DNA from: Candidatus Micrarchaeota archaeon
Lineage (GTDB): Archaea; Micrarchaeota; Micrarchaeia; Micrarchaeales; Micrarchaeaceae
DNA: 64,000 bases
Direction of reading: 5' to 3'
NCBI GenBank assembly: GCA_027345565.1
Contig: DAHWIF010000005.1
Location: forward strand, 1 to 64,000
A program made the translations under genes and the position numbers. Below are positions 9,131-19,371 of the stretch, in pieces; the first letter of the stretch is position 1; every line of letters starts with the position of its first letter. A model generated the notes under the pieces. That model saw nothing but the letters and a program-made list of their open reading frames with translations. It did not search any database and had not been told where the DNA came from.

Positions 9131-12100
9131 ATGGGCTACAATCTCCGCAGCACCGCCATTCCGCTCTATGTGCTCTTGGTATCATTAGTATTCATCCCCG
9201 TCCTGCTGCCTGTGACATACACGGCTATTACGGGCTTGGGCGGCGGCGGCAAGTGCACCGCCGGGGATTACAGCGAAATCTGCACAAACACGCTCACCTT
9301 CAACACCCCTTTCCCTGCGGGAGGCGGCGGCACTTTCGTGCCAAGCCAGGTGGCCAACGGCATAGTCCCGCTGACAGGCAACGTCATCTCATATGACAAC
9401 TCGTACAACCAGTGGCTGATAACCTGCCCGAACGCGCCAAACCCGCAGGACGAGCTCGAGTACATAATCTTCGAGGGCGCGGTCAGCCCCACTGAAGGGG
9501 GCATAGGCGGGAACGCCTGCCAGGCGCAGAGCTCCAACTTAATCACCACGGCTACCCTGTCGATGGACATAGGGTGGGGGGCGAACTCCCCGGCCAGCGC
9601 CAGCCTGTCATTCGGCATAGGTGGCGGCGGCTCGCTGAACGTGAACAACCTTGCCTATTCAGGCGAGGCCTACAACTCTAGCAGGGGCATAGGCTCCGCC
9701 AACGTCTCAAGCGGATACAACTCCAAGTCTAACGTTTTCCAGGGGGTGCCACCGTCGTCGCAGGGCGGCATCTGGACCTGGAACGCGAGGGTGGCAGACT
9801 TCTCGCCGATATCCGGGCTGTCGGTGGTGCCAAGCCCGCTGAGCCTGAGCTATACCACGCTGCCGCAGACTGACGCCAACGGCAAAGTCTTCACGTGCAC
9901 TTACAGCTACACATTCACGGGCTCGGCGCAGATAACTGGCGTCAGCAACTCCAACGTAGTGGTCCCTGCAAGGAAGCTTCCTACGGACAACTACATCTCA
10001 TTCAACAACCAGAGCTACAACGGCGTAATCACAAACAGCGAGCCGCCCGGGCTGCCGAGCGGCGTGACGGCCGATGCAGCTGCGATGTCCGATTGCTACC
10101 TGCCAAACTTCTGGGGAGGATGGCACATCTCCGGCACAAACGGGATATACGTCAGCAGCTCCAACAACCGATATACCAACCTTTGCATCTACCAGTACGC
10201 TGACACGCCATACTACGTCACCGGGTACCCGAGTGGTTCGAAGTCGGCGCAGCTGGCTTACGTGCCGTCTACACAGTCTACTTACGAGAGCGCATACCTG
10301 CTCCCGGTGCTCTACTACAACACCACCATACCATCGGCATACAGCGCGCTATCGTCACAGCTCTCCTTCTACAACAGTTCGTACTACATATACAGCCAGC
10401 ACAACCTCCAGTCGCCTGGCAACTACATAGAGCCTGTCACGCTCAACGGGAGCTCTGGCATATTCCTGAACGGCAACGGTATACTGTCCGACCTCTCTTC
10501 AAGCTCTTTCTGGGGAGGGAGCAACTACACGACAAGCACGAGCCCGCCAGGGCTCAACCTGCAGTCGGATTATGTGCTGGCGCCCAGCCCAACAGGGCTC
10601 TCCGACGTGCAGCAGGTAAACGGCTACTACGCCGGCATGATAACAAACATCATGTATATGTCAGAATCCGCCAGCAACCTTTTCGTAGTTGCAAACGACA
10701 TCGGCAGCTATTATCTGTATAGGATCCAGCTCATTCCGCAAGGGCAGCTGAATCTGACCGCCAATCCGCCTAGCGGCATAGTTGGGGAATCCGAGAGCGC
10801 TCAGCAGTCGTACTGGAATGCAGTGGAGCAGCTGCAGTCATATCCTATGTATGTAGCTGATGTCACGCCGCTGCCTGTGACAACAAGCAGCGGGCCGAAT
10901 ACCCCCGGTAATGGTCCGCCGCTGGCGCTAGCATCTGACTACGCCGGCGATGCGTTCGTGGTGAGTGCGAACTACACCTGCAAGGATCCAGGATACTGCA
11001 GCAAGCTGGGCGGCCTTGGTTTCGTTCTGACGTACGTATCGGCTAACGGAATAACCAACACGCAGTGGGTCACCAGCGCGCCCTCCAGCCTCGGCCCCGA
11101 CATAGGCGGCTTGGGCTGCAGTTCAACTGACTCAGCCGCGCTTTGCTATCCTGTGCAGTACTGCTCCAGTAATGTCTGCCAGTTCCCGACCTCCTTGGCC
11201 GTCTCTCCGACAGGCCAATACCTCTACATATCGGATCCAAACATGCCGGATGTTTACATATACGGCATCTCATCCAATTCGGTGGGGGTGTCGGCCGATT
11301 ACCTCTCCGCGATAAACCTCTCGTATTCGACCAGCCAGTACAACATGAGCATAGCGCAATACCTCCTTGACGGCGGCCCGTTCGGCTCCAACACCATATC
11401 CAACTGGGTGACGAACAACGGCGATACAAACTGCAAGCTCGGCCCAGCGCCGTACTACAACTACTACAACGACACGCCTGTGCCTTTGGACAAATTCTCG
11501 GCTGGATCTGGATGCTTTGACGGCGCGATATACCATGTCCCGCTGGGCATAGCGGTATCCGGCAGCACCCTCTACGTGCTTGACAACTGGCTTTTTGCCC
11601 CTCCGTTCCCAAGCAGCGTCCGCTCGGCGGCCTCGATCCTGATGCTGCGCGCGTTCTCGCTCAACGGCACCGAGATACCGATACACGCATCTACCGTGCA
11701 GGACATCGTGCCGAAGGCCAATGGCGCATCGCTCACCACGGGTTACATCGCAGACAAGCTGTACCCGCCATACGGATGGCCCATATCGGCAAACTTCACA
11801 CTGTACACCGGCTCAGGTTTCAGTTACCTGAGTTATTGCGCCTACTACTGCAACAACACCCCAAGCGCAAGCGGCTCCCTGACGAACAATTTTGCATTCC
11901 CGTCAACCTCATATGAGTATGGAGGGTATCCGCCAGTGGGGCCTGCAGTGGCTGCCGACAGCCCTGGCTTCTTCAACATTCATGCAGGTGTCTCAGGAAA
12001 ACCTTACTTCAACCCGTCCCCGATATCCGTGCTCTCTGACTTTAACAACACACTGTACCTGGATGGCTGGTCGCTATCAGTGCCGCAGGGGACGCAGTGC

Positions 12101-15100
12101 AAGGCGCCAGGCAGCGGCTCTCAATCGACTGGAATAGGCCAAAATTACTACTACGCGTGCGACCTCTACACAGAACTGTTGGCCATACACATGAACGTTG
12201 ATAATTACACAAAGATGTCAAATGCATCTGTATCACCGCAGTACGGCTGCTACTATGTGATTGCATCGGGAGTTGCGTGCCCGAGTAGCAGTGCAGCCAC
12301 GACCGGCTATCTGAACAACAACTACCTGGCCAACAACGGCATAGCCCAGCTCCCCTCCTCGTATATGTGCTACATAGGTGTGAACACGACAACCTGGTCA
12401 GAGCTTAATTCAGGGAAAGCGTATCCGGGCGGAGCGGCATACTCTTATGGAACCTTCCCCTACGGCTCTCCGTACGGCAGCCCGTGCTCGTTCGGAAGCG
12501 TGGCGAAAATAAGCACAGTGACTTTCCAGAGCGCTACGACCACGCAGATTGTAAACCTGAGCCTCCAGCGCCCTCCGTTCATAGGCATGCCGAATCCGTT
12601 CGCGTTCTCCGAGAGCCTGGGCAGCCCTGTCAACTATCTGGTCATACCCAGCCTCGCTAGCCAGTATGTCGGCTCTGCTGGAGACCCTCCCGACCCGCCC
12701 GGCCTCTCCGCCGGCGCGATAACGCCGCAGAACCCTGTTATAGAATCAGGCCAGAACATAGTACTTACCGCTAACCCATCGGGAGGCGTGCCCCCGTACA
12801 GCTACCAGTGGTACACATCTGGTGGCATAGGTACCTGCTCGCCGTCGGACTCCTTGGCGCCAGCGCAGGGCAACTCGCAGACTTACAATGCGGAGCCGAC
12901 GAGCACCACAAACTACTGCTACATAGTTACAGACTCCGCCTCTCCTGCGGACACCGCCAGCTCGCCGACCGACACCGTGAAGGTGTTCGCTGCGTACAAA
13001 ATCACACCAACCATATCTTTCTCGCCAAGCGCGTATGTGACATGGGGCGAGAACGTCGTAATAACCGGCACCTGCCCCAGCGGCGACAACTGCGCGATAA
13101 TAGGGCCTGACGGCAGCCAGATCGCGAATGCGATATCCGTAGTCACAAATACGATAAATACGAACTCCCTCACAGCAAGCCCGGGCGGCACCGCTACATT
13201 CACCTTCAACGCCAAGGACCTGAGCACTGGCATAGAGGGCAGCGGCTATAACCTTTATGTAGGCAGCGCCCCGCCGCCTCAGGTGCCGACGCAGCAGCTC
13301 ACCGCTACATACCTGCAGGGAAGGCTGAGCGGATACGTACTCATACCTTACACGTACACCGAGCAGTTCTCGTACAGCGACTCAGGCTCGCTGACAGGGT
13401 CGACCGGGCCTTCTGGAGACTGCACCACCAGCCTCTCGATAACCGGCGGCTTTGCAACCCCGCAGACCTTCACCAGGGCGATTGTCGTGCAAGCGAGCAG
13501 CACGCTCAAGGAGCAGCTGCAGGGAGGTCCGCTGATAGCGCAGTACCAGAACAACCAGCAGTTCTATACCGCCAACCTGTCTGACCAGGCGCTTATCATG
13601 CCCCCTGTGATAGACCTAAGCCTCTTCACCGACAGGATCCTCGGCGAGATATTCATAAACCAGACGGTCGGACCAGAAGGCTTCTCCAGGCTGGCCCCGT
13701 ATGGGTCTTCATGCACGTCCTGCAGCTTCACCCCGTATGTGCCTGCGCCGCTGGTCTTCAACGCAATACACCTGCTCAATTACTCCCAGGTGGTGTATGG
13801 GCAGTATTCACCAAAATATGGCTCATTCGGCGGCTACTCAGCCGAGTCCGCATCCGGACCGCCGCTTAATCCGATAACCCAGCACAATGATGTGGCGACA
13901 TCGCTTAACGCCAGCTGGCAGGTAGAATACAGCAGCAGCATGACGCTGAACGGCCCGGTCTATGCCGATGGCATAACGATAGACCCGGGCGTGGTCATAA
14001 CCACAGACGGATACCCGATGGCGGCGCTCGACTACATAAATGCCGAGCCAGGCAGCAGCATAGTGGGCGGCTACGCCAACGACGGCGGTGCCTACGGCGC
14101 ATCCGGCCAGAGCCTCCCGGCATCGTACGGCGGATCCGGCGGCGGCAGCAGCGGCAGCTCAGGCGGCAGCACCCTCGCCTCTGGCGGGGGCGTGAACGCG
14201 CCAGGCGCAAGCCCGGCCCTGCCTTCGCAGCCGAGCTCCGCGCTTGTCGCATCGCTAGGTTCAAGCATATCCGCATACCTTACTGGAGCTGGCGGCGCAT
14301 CTGGCTCATACACGAGCGCAGGGGGCGACGGCTCCTTCGGCGTTTACCTGCAGGCTGACAGCCTGGAGCTCTCAGGCGCAACTGTGAATGCCGTTGGGCA
14401 GGGAGGCGGCGCAGGATCCGGCGGAGGAGGAGGAGGAGTTATAGTGCTGGTGCACGGGGCGTCATTCACACAGCCTAACCACGAATACTACGGCGGCGGG
14501 CCTGGAGGCGGAGGCGGCGGCGCAGCAGGCGGATCAGGGAACGTCATGGTCTTCGACGCGGTAACAGGAGGTGTACCTATACAGCTCGCGCAGCTCAACG
14601 CACTGCCGCTAATAGGGGCTGCCTGCAACAGCATAAACTGCAATAGCGTGCCGAACTATTACTATAACCTGGGAGGTGCGAAGACGGACCAGCAGTGCAC
14701 GTTCTCTAACATCTTCTGCGGAAACAGCATATTCGGCTATTCCGCGCAGATTGGCACAGTAAGCGCGCTGCAGCTGTTCTCCGCCCTTGATGTGTATGTC
14801 AGCACCCTGATGCCGACGCTGGACCTGACGTACAATAATGGCTTAGAGGGTTACAACAGGATAAACTACACGTTTGCCGATGAGTTCAACAACATCATAA
14901 ACATGCCGTTGGACGCCGACCTCGCCAACATAACGACAATAAGCCTCAACGCGGCTACAACCATAAACGCGCTGGACACCAACGAGACAACGGTAAGCAT
15001 AACCGGCACCGCCGCATATTACCCGAGCATATTCTCGGCGACGCCGTCGCCAGTCCCCACAGGCAGCCCGATATACCTCTATTACGACACAAACATAAAC

Positions 15101-15931
15101 TTCTACCAGCCCAGCGGCGAAGTTTTCACGAACCCCGATTCCTATTACATATACGCAGAGCAGTGCGCATTCGCGCCTACGCTCCCGTGCGAGTTCGCAG
15201 ACCCTGTGCTTACGACAAACCCGCCTGCCGGGCAGGGCGCGCTGGGCCCAACGGAAGCCAATGTCATAAACTTCAACACCCAGTACAACTCCATAGGGGC
15301 GTGCTCGCCGCCCCCGAACAGCCTGCTGCTGCCTACCAGCACAAATACCGAGGAGTGCAACATCTATCCGAACAACCCGTTCGGGCTGCCCCAGACAGGC
15401 ATGAGCGCCCAGAACAAGCTCGAGTACTGTGTACCGTACTTCCAGGACGGCAACGGGGTCCTCACATCGCAGCTCGGCCTGATGGCGATAGTCCCGACGA
15501 CGAGCAACGGGCAGTTCAGCTACTCGTTCAACGTGTGCGGCACCGGAACCGGGCGCGTGACTGCTGGCTATTACGGTTACCCGCCAGGGCAGCCTAGCAT
15601 ATTCCTCCAGCAGCCGATCAGCCAGAGCGAGCTCTTGCCTACAAAAGCCTTCATATCCAACCCCGACTATTCGATAAGCAATGGCAATGTGATCGGAATG
15701 TACGTGCTGCAGAACTGCGGCGGCGGGACGCCGTGCGACATAGCCTCAAACGACCCGCTGGTCTACACAGACGAGTTCAACTATTCGATAAGCCCGAACC
15801 AGACTATCGTGTCGTTCCCGATAGGCAGCTACCTGCTCTCCTTCGGCGACACCGCTGCGCTTGTGGCGCTGCTCGCCATGCTCGGCATAGTCGGGTATGT
15901 CATTGCTAGGGGAATGATGCCACGGGCATAG
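9131..15931 (+). CDS. Giant (about 2266 aa) multidomain membrane-anchored surface protein
   Basis: N-terminal hydrophobic signal; S/T/G/N/Y/C-rich; Ig-like module (LTANPSGGVPPYSYQWY); Gly-rich module; C-terminal TM helix with basic tail. Confidence 0.85.
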   Translation: MGYNLRSTAIPLYVLLVSLVFIPVLLPVTYTAITGLGGGGKCTAGDYSEICTNTLTFNTPFPAGGGGTFVPSQVANGIVPLTGNVISYDNSYNQWLITCPNAPNPQDELEYIIFEGAVSPTEGGIGGNACQAQSSNLITTATLSMDIGWGANSPASASLSFGIGGGGSLNVNNLAYSGEAYNSSRGIGSANVSSGYNSKSNVFQGVPPSSQGGIWTWNARVADFSPISGLSVVPSPLSLSYTTLPQTDANGKVFTCTYSYTFTGSAQITGVSNSNVVVPARKLPTDNYISFNNQSYNGVITNSEPPGLPSGVTADAAAMSDCYLPNFWGGWHISGTNGIYVSSSNNRYTNLCIYQYADTPYYVTGYPSGSKSAQLAYVPSTQSTYESAYLLPVLYYNTTIPSAYSALSSQLSFYNSSYYIYSQHNLQSPGNYIEPVTLNGSSGIFLNGNGILSDLSSSSFWGGSNYTTSTSPPGLNLQSDYVLAPSPTGLSDVQQVNGYYAGMITNIMYMSESASNLFVVANDIGSYYLYRIQLIPQGQLNLTANPPSGIVGESESAQQSYWNAVEQLQSYPMYVADVTPLPVTTSSGPNTPGNGPPLALASDYAGDAFVVSANYTCKDPGYCSKLGGLGFVLTYVSANGITNTQWVTSAPSSLGPDIGGLGCSSTDSAALCYPVQYCSSNVCQFPTSLAVSPTGQYLYISDPNMPDVYIYGISSNSVGVSADYLSAINLSYSTSQYNMSIAQYLLDGGPFGSNTISNWVTNNGDTNCKLGPAPYYNYYNDTPVPLDKFSAGSGCFDGAIYHVPLGIAVSGSTLYVLDNWLFAPPFPSSVRSAASILMLRAFSLNGTEIPIHASTVQDIVPKANGASLTTGYIADKLYPPYGWPISANFTLYTGSGFSYLSYCAYYCNNTPSASGSLTNNFAFPSTSYEYGGYPPVGPAVAADSPGFFNIHAGVSGKPYFNPSPISVLSDFNNTLYLDGWSLSVPQGTQCKAPGSGSQSTGIGQNYYYACDLYTELLAIHMNVDNYTKMSNASVSPQYGCYYVIASGVACPSSSAATTGYLNNNYLANNGIAQLPSSYMCYIGVNTTTWSELNSGKAYPGGAAYSYGTFPYGSPYGSPCSFGSVAKISTVTFQSATTTQIVNLSLQRPPFIGMPNPFAFSESLGSPVNYLVIPSLASQYVGSAGDPPDPPGLSAGAITPQNPVIESGQNIVLTANPSGGVPPYSYQWYTSGGIGTCSPSDSLAPAQGNSQTYNAEPTSTTNYCYIVTDSASPADTASSPTDTVKVFAAYKITPTISFSPSAYVTWGENVVITGTCPSGDNCAIIGPDGSQIANAISVVTNTINTNSLTASPGGTATFTFNAKDLSTGIEGSGYNLYVGSAPPPQVPTQQLTATYLQGRLSGYVLIPYTYTEQFSYSDSGSLTGSTGPSGDCTTSLSITGGFATPQTFTRAIVVQASSTLKEQLQGGPLIAQYQNNQQFYTANLSDQALIMPPVIDLSLFTDRILGEIFINQTVGPEGFSRLAPYGSSCTSCSFTPYVPAPLVFNAIHLLNYSQVVYGQYSPKYGSFGGYSAESASGPPLNPITQHNDVATSLNASWQVEYSSSMTLNGPVYADGITIDPGVVITTDGYPMAALDYINAEPGSSIVGGYANDGGAYGASGQSLPASYGGSGGGSSGSSGGSTLASGGGVNAPGASPALPSQPSSALVASLGSSISAYLTGAGGASGSYTSAGGDGSFGVYLQADSLELSGATVNAVGQGGGAGSGGGGGGVIVLVHGASFTQPNHEYYGGGPGGGGGGAAGGSGNVMVFDAVTGGVPIQLAQLNALPLIGAACNSINCNSVPNYYYNLGGAKTDQQCTFSNIFCGNSIFGYSAQIGTVSALQLFSALDVYVSTLMPTLDLTYNNGLEGYNRINYTFADEFNNIINMPLDADLANITTISLNAATTINALDTNETTVSITGTAAYYPSIFSATPSPVPTGSPIYLYYDTNINFYQPSGEVFTNPDSYYIYAEQCAFAPTLPCEFADPVLTTNPPAGQGALGPTEANVINFNTQYNSIGACSPPPNSLLLPTSTNTEECNIYPNNPFGLPQTGMSAQNKLEYCVPYFQDGNGVLTSQLGLMAIVPTTSNGQFSYSFNVCGTGTGRVTAGYYGYPPGQPSIFLQQPISQSELLPTKAFISNPDYSISNGNVIGMYVLQNCGGGTPCDIASNDPLVYTDEFNYSISPNQTIVSFPIGSYLLSFGDTAALVALLAMLGIVGYVIARGMMPRA

Positions 15932-15998
15932 ACGTCAGTAAACGCACCGCGGGTTAGCTATTTATATCTTGGAAACCATATAGTATAAGGGCGATGGG

Positions 15999-17003
15999 AT
16001 GCTCCCGGTTGTGCTAAGCATAGGTGCGATATACGCCTTCATACCGATAGTCATAATCATAATCCTTATAGCTGCTGCTGTCGGTCTCACAAGGGGCAGG
16101 GACCTTTTCGCCGTGTTCGGCATAGGTGCGCTCATGGGCATAAAGGGCGCGACAGCGACCGGTGGGTCGGGCAGAGGGCTCAAAACAGGGCTGAATGTCC
16201 CGAAAGGCACCCTCAAAGCGGCGAAGTCCACAGGAGGCCTCGGCAAGGGCATTGGCAAGGGCGTATCTAAATCGGCTAAAAAGGGCCCTGAAGGTCCTGA
16301 AGCTGCGCATGTAGAAGCGCTAGCCGCTTCAGGGAGGGATGCGCAGCTTCGCGGCATCAAACCGACAGCTGCACAGGCTGCGGCAATGGCTGCCATGGCC
16401 ACGGTCGCCGGGACAGCAACCGGCATGGCGTACAGCGAGTCCAATAGAGTGAAGCTTGTCGAGTCGGAGCAGATCCGCGGCCCATCAAAGGCAGAGCTAA
16501 AGGCGGCATGGAGAGCCGGCAGCAGAGTCGGCGCCCCATTTAGGGCGGTAAGGCTAATTACAGGAAGGAGAGTCGGCCCATCCAGAATGATAGCGCCAAG
16601 GATAGCAAGGAGGACAACCGCCGATAGGAAGATAGGAGAAATACAGAGCAAGTCTACCGACAGGTACGGCGAGCCGCGCTTCCGCATAAGCATCCCTATA
16701 GTAGGCCTGGCGGCTGCCGGGGCGGCACGCCTCTATGACAGAATGCCTTCTAAGAGAGAAGCCGCGGCCCAACGCCGCGCCTACGAAGAAAGCCTTGGCG
16801 CGCATATGGAATCCGAAAAAAAACCGAAAAGCGACAGGGACAAAATGCTCGTGGAGGAGTTCATCAAGCAGATGCAGAGTTCGGGCCAAAAGATTCCAGG
16901 CAAGAACGCGCTGGCAATGATCACGCTTCACGGCAAGGTTTCAGAAGAGCGTATGAGGCATTTTGGCAAGCGTGGAACCCCGCCGCCGCCTCCCCCATCA
17001 TAG
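15999..17003 (+). CDS. Membrane-anchored basic hypothetical protein
   Basis: 334-aa ORF with N-terminal TM segments, G/K/A-rich region and poly-Pro C-terminus. Confidence 0.65.
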   Translation: MLPVVLSIGAIYAFIPIVIIIILIAAAVGLTRGRDLFAVFGIGALMGIKGATATGGSGRGLKTGLNVPKGTLKAAKSTGGLGKGIGKGVSKSAKKGPEGPEAAHVEALAASGRDAQLRGIKPTAAQAAAMAAMATVAGTATGMAYSESNRVKLVESEQIRGPSKAELKAAWRAGSRVGAPFRAVRLITGRRVGPSRMIAPRIARRTTADRKIGEIQSKSTDRYGEPRFRISIPIVGLAAAGAARLYDRMPSKREAAAQRRAYEESLGAHMESEKKPKSDRDKMLVEEFIKQMQSSGQKIPGKNALAMITLHGKVSEERMRHFGKRGTPPPPPPS

Positions 17004-17009
17004 CCGTGA

Positions 17010-17741
17010 CTAAAACCTCTTAACTATCTCATCGCCTATATTCTCCCCTGCGGTTATGCTCGGCAGTATCACCCACGACGCGCCCGCCTTGTCGAGCTTG
17101 GCCATGTTCTCCTCGTCTATCACTCTCGACACGACCTTTATCTCAGGGTTTGCGTCCTTGGCAGTTATGGCTATGAGTGCATTCTTCACATCGTCATCAT
17201 CGCATGCAATCACATAAGATGCCCTGTCGATGCCGGCGTTCTTGAATGAGTCCTCGCCGCGCATTGTGCCCACAACCACAAGCATATCCCTGCTGTAGAG
17301 CTTTGAAGCCTGTAGCTGGTTTTCTGCTAGCACCACGAATTTCATGCCCGCTTTTCGCATCTCCTCCGCGAGGGTCCTAGAGAAGCTGTTGTACGGCACT
17401 ATTATCACATGGCCTTTCAATCGCTTTATCTTTGAAATGCTCAAGTACTCGCTTATGTTTATGCTCCTGAGCAGCTGGGTGAACCACGTAGCCAAGAAGA
17501 CAGTGATGAGGGCGAAGACGAAGGCGTCAAGCAGGCTCGCCACAAGCACGAACGGCGTGTCTGCGAGTTTTGCGGGTATAAGGTCGTAGTAAACGTAAAG
17601 CGCAGCGAGCAGGTTCCACACCAGCGATACCCCTATCTTCACTCCTGCAGCAGCGGTCAGCACCACCGCGACAGTGAAGAGCAGCGCAGCAGTGGCGAGC
17701 AATATGTAGTTTGTATTCCTTCTCTTTATCAGCACCATCAT
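17010..17741 (-). CDS. MthK-like 2TM + RCK (TrkA-N) subunit, degenerate pore
   Basis: TM-pore-TM followed by HVII...AGIDRA..IAC.DDD.N...AGA RCK domain. Confidence 0.75.
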   Translation of the reverse strand: MMVLIKRRNTNYILLATAALLFTVAVVLTAAAGVKIGVSLVWNLLAALYVYYDLIPAKLADTPFVLVASLLDAFVFALITVFLATWFTQLLRSINISEYLSISKIKRLKGHVIIVPYNSFSRTLAEEMRKAGMKFVVLAENQLQASKLYSRDMLVVVGTMRGEDSFKNAGIDRASYVIACDDDDVKNALIAITAKDANPEIKVVSRVIDEENMAKLDKAGASWVILPSITAGENIGDEIVKRF

Positions 17742-18511
17742 CTCACCTTTGACCTGATGTAGCTGCCGAGCTCTATGCCAGCCAGCACTTCGGGTATGAC
17801 CACCTGCTCTGCCCCAGCCCTCTGCATCTTTGTCATTATGTCCTCTTCGGACACCCTCGATACTATCCTGACATTACGGTTAAGGTGCCTTGCTGTCACT
17901 ATGCCGAGCAGGTTAGCAGTGTCGTTCTTGGTTGCAAATACCACAGCGCGGGCGCGCCCTATCATTGCATTTACCAGCACATCCTCGTTTGTGAAGTCCC
18001 CGTTTATAGCTATATAGTTCCTGTCGTGCAGCATCTCGATTACGTCCTGGTTGCTGTCCACTACAAGGAATTTCACCTTGCGCTCCTTCAGCTCGTTGCA
18101 GACCCTTTCAGCCATCTTCGCATAGCCGCACACGATCACGTGGTCCTTGAGCCTCCTGGTCGCTATCGCATTAACCCTCGAAAGCAGCGCCGTGCCCGTT
18201 ATTATCTCGATTATGGCAGCGAGGGCGAGACCAACTGCCACTATCTTTGCTATGCCGTCTATCACCGTTATCAGTACGATTTCGTCGAAAGCCGTGCTGA
18301 AGGCCGGTGCAAAGGCATTCAGGGCAGGGCCAACGTTTATCCCTATCGCATCGAACAGGGATGCTATTGTGTAGTATGCCGAGAGGTATATGCTGTGCGA
18401 TATGCCGTAGATTATATAGAGGGTGGCAAGACCGAAGATCAGCGCGGCGATAGCAAGCCCCACGAGAGTTTTTCCGGCTATGCTTTTCCTTTCGATCTCT
18501 GGCACGTTCAC
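17738..18511 (-). CDS. MthK-like 2TM + RCK (TrkA-N) subunit, degenerate pore
   Basis: TM segments followed by DHVIVCGY...GDFTNEDVL..A..DTAN RCK domain. Confidence 0.8.
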   Translation of the reverse strand: MNVPEIERKSIAGKTLVGLAIAALIFGLATLYIIYGISHSIYLSAYYTIASLFDAIGINVGPALNAFAPAFSTAFDEIVLITVIDGIAKIVAVGLALAAIIEIITGTALLSRVNAIATRRLKDHVIVCGYAKMAERVCNELKERKVKFLVVDSNQDVIEMLHDRNYIAINGDFTNEDVLVNAMIGRARAVVFATKNDTANLLGIVTARHLNRNVRIVSRVSEEDIMTKMQRAGAEQVVIPEVLAGIELGSYIRSKVR

Positions 18512-18519
18512 ATGCGCAC

Positions 18520-18945
18520 CTACTTCAGGAGCTCTCTTACTATCTCCTTGCTCGCGGTCTTCTGCGGCATCACGATGTAATCCGCACCAGCGTCAACGAG
18601 CTTCTCCCTGACGAAATCATCGTTGCTGCGCGTAGCTATGAATATCTTCTTGTTGAGGTCCCTCGCGGTCAGCACCGTGAAGAGGTTCTTTGCGTCGTTA
18701 TCCATCACTATGGCTATCGCTTTCGCATTCGCTATCCCGGCGCTGCGGAGCGTCCTAGATGCCGTTGCATCGCCGTTTATGACCTTGTAGCCTAGCTCCT
18801 CAGCTCTCGCTGCCGTGCGGGGGTCGGACTCCACTATGACGAAGCCTATGTTGTGCTCCAGGAGTATCTCAACGACCTTGCGGCCCACCATGCCGAAGCC
18901 GCACACGATCACGTGGTCGCGCATCTCGAAACGTTTCTCAGCCAT
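18520..18945 (-). CDS. Stand-alone RCK/TrkA-N domain protein
   Basis: DHVIVCGFGMVG, GDAT..L..AGI..A, DAKN and AGAD motifs. Confidence 0.88.
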   Translation of the reverse strand: MAEKRFEMRDHVIVCGFGMVGRKVVEILLEHNIGFVIVESDPRTAARAEELGYKVINGDATASRTLRSAGIANAKAIAIVMDNDAKNLFTVLTARDLNKKIFIATRSNDDFVREKLVDAGADYIVMPQKTASKEIVRELLK

Positions 18946-19037
18946 AAAACCACAGCGCAGTCATCACTTAATATGCAAAACAAGCCTTTAAATTGCGATG
19001 TGTGGCTGCGTTTATGAATGTTTACTTAGCGGCTGTG

Positions 19038-19080
19038 GCTCAAGAAATCCCCGCCTTTCAAGGCGGCGGATGAACTGAGC
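19038..19080 (+). mobile_element. Orphan IS200/IS605-type subterminal hairpin (left-end-like remnant)
   Basis: GAAATCCCCGCCTTTCAAGGCGGCGGATGAA resembles GAAATCCCACACCATTCATGGGTGGGATGAA at the left end of the tnpB element. Confidence 0.55.
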
Positions 19081-19241
19081 TATCGAATCATATGTGCAGT
19101 ACATCGAATCGTATTATGCAGTAAGTGTACAAATATGAGCTGCAATTCCTGTTCATGGAGATCGCAAGGGCTATCTTGATTAAAGATAGTTAACTAAAAG
19201 TCCATACGAGCCAAAAACAATATCCAATATCCTATTAACTA

Positions 19242-19314
19242 TAGCTCCACCCAGATTCGAACTGGGGTTCCCAGGTCCAGAGCCTGGTGTCCTTGACCAC
19301 TAGACGATGGAGCT
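19242..19314 (-). tRNA. tRNA-Gln(CTG)
   Basis: AGCTCCA/TGGAGCT-A acceptor; CCAGG-CTCTGGA-CCTGG; CCCAG-TTCGAAT-CTGGG. Confidence 0.95.
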
Positions 19315-19371
19315 GCGCAACTATATTGTTTGCTAACCTATTTTATAACTGTTGCCCAATTACTGCTGATG

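Noticed and set aside
18124-18918. 22-bp identical repeat (18124-18145 and 18897-18918)
   Set aside because: It encodes the conserved DHVIVCG RCK motif in paralogs, so paralogy explains it
18946-19240. c-di-AMP or other riboswitch upstream of the channel genes
   Set aside because: No recognisable consensus; the hairpin matches an IS end better
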